Below, piece after piece: positions 63,700 through 64,000 of a DNA stretch of 64,000 bases. Position 1 is the stretch's first letter, and every line of letters starts with the position of its first letter. The stretch is from Gemmatimonadaceae bacterium (lineage in GTDB: Bacteria; Gemmatimonadota; Gemmatimonadetes; Gemmatimonadales; Gemmatimonadaceae), in NCBI GenBank assembly GCA_043788935.1, contig JAYWIJ010000257.1, positions 12,944 to 76,943 of the forward strand, given 5' to 3'. The translations under genes were made by a program, and so were the position numbers. The notes below the pieces were generated by a model, which saw only the letters and a list, made by a program, of their open reading frames with translations, was not told where the DNA came from and ran no database searches.

Positions 63700-64000
63700 A
63701 TGACAGCGTCAATCCTCCTGCCGAATGTGGGTCGCGTCGTGGTCGGCTCCGAGAACCCGGTGAAGCTCGGCGCGGTGCGTGCGGTGCTGGCCCGATGCAC
63801 CACATCCGTTGCGGTATATGGAGTTGCCGTGCCGTCCGGCGTGCCCGATCAGCCGTGGGGTGATGCGGAAACACGCGCCGGGGCGATCGCGCGCGCGCGC
63901 GCGCCGCACTGGCCACCGACGAGGCGGCCGACCTGGGCGTCGGGCTGGAGGGTGGCGTCGTGCGCGAGACGGATGGGACCGTCCGGAGCTGCGCCTGGGC
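63700..64000 (+). CDS. inosine/xanthosine triphosphatase (YjjX/DUF84-like), 3'-truncated by the window edge and apparently frameshifted in a (GC)8 run
   Basis: ATG at 63700. VVGSENPVKLGAVRAVL...PSGVPDQPWGDAETRAGAIARA. After 63888..63904 the family-like sequence (AALATDEAADLGVGLEGGVVRE) continues in a different frame. Confidence 0.7.
   Translation, partial: MTASILLPNVGRVVVGSENPVKLGAVRAVLARCTTSVAVYGVAVPSGVPDQPWGDAETRAGAIARARAPHWPPTRRPTWASGWRVASCARRMGPSGAAPG

Noticed and set aside
1-64000. Genomic island, prophage, or integrative element spanning part of the window.
   Set aside because: No integrase, transposase, phage structural or conjugation gene was recognised, and no tRNA gene could serve as an attachment site. 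Composition looks uniformly GC-rich apart from short regulatory AT-rich patches. Only small non-autonomous repeat elements are evident.

Overview
This is a 64-kb, very GC-rich bacterial chromosomal segment that is densely coding. I call about 60 protein genes. I could not recognise any rRNA, tRNA, CRISPR array, integrase or transposase. All product calls rest on motifs I recognise in the supplied translations, because no database search was possible. The phylum cannot be determined from here.

Gene content is mostly housekeeping or metabolic:
- pdxH, L31 type B, a fused 2-oxoacid dehydrogenase E1 alpha/beta, nadE, a class A PBP, lon, an rhlE-like DEAD-box helicase, pfkA, an M20 amidohydrolase, and an HrpA-like DEAH helicase.
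- A long minus-strand metal-trafficking operon (SCO1, PCuAC, cupredoxin-like protein, hemolysin III, deoxyhypusine-synthase-like protein, CopC, CopD), divergent from a Fur-family regulator.
- A RES/Xre (ParST/MbcTA-type) toxin-antitoxin pair.
- Two tandem Ser/Thr kinases with a shared membrane/coiled-coil tail.
- A tandem triplication of secreted proteins, two of them strikingly Met-rich.
- An ATP-grasp / SfnG-like LLM oxidoreductase / MFS cassette.

The least ordinary signals are non-coding or structural:
1. A hairpin-forming ~24-nt repeat (GGCAAGGACTCCGTCCCCTTGAAC) is present as arrays at three gene 3' ends.
2. A family of long palindromic MITE-like elements occurs at three loci. Two copies carry an intrinsic-terminator-like centre, and two share an identical 15-mer core.
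3. A structured leader (promoter-like hexamers, terminator hairpin, start-codon-sequestering helix) lies upstream of the ATP-grasp operon.
4. There are two apparent gene disruptions: an in-frame TAG in one secreted paralog, and a frameshift inside a (GC)8 dinucleotide run in a YjjX-like NTPase gene.

I found no clear new multi-gene defence-type system. The candidates above are reported with modest confidence.
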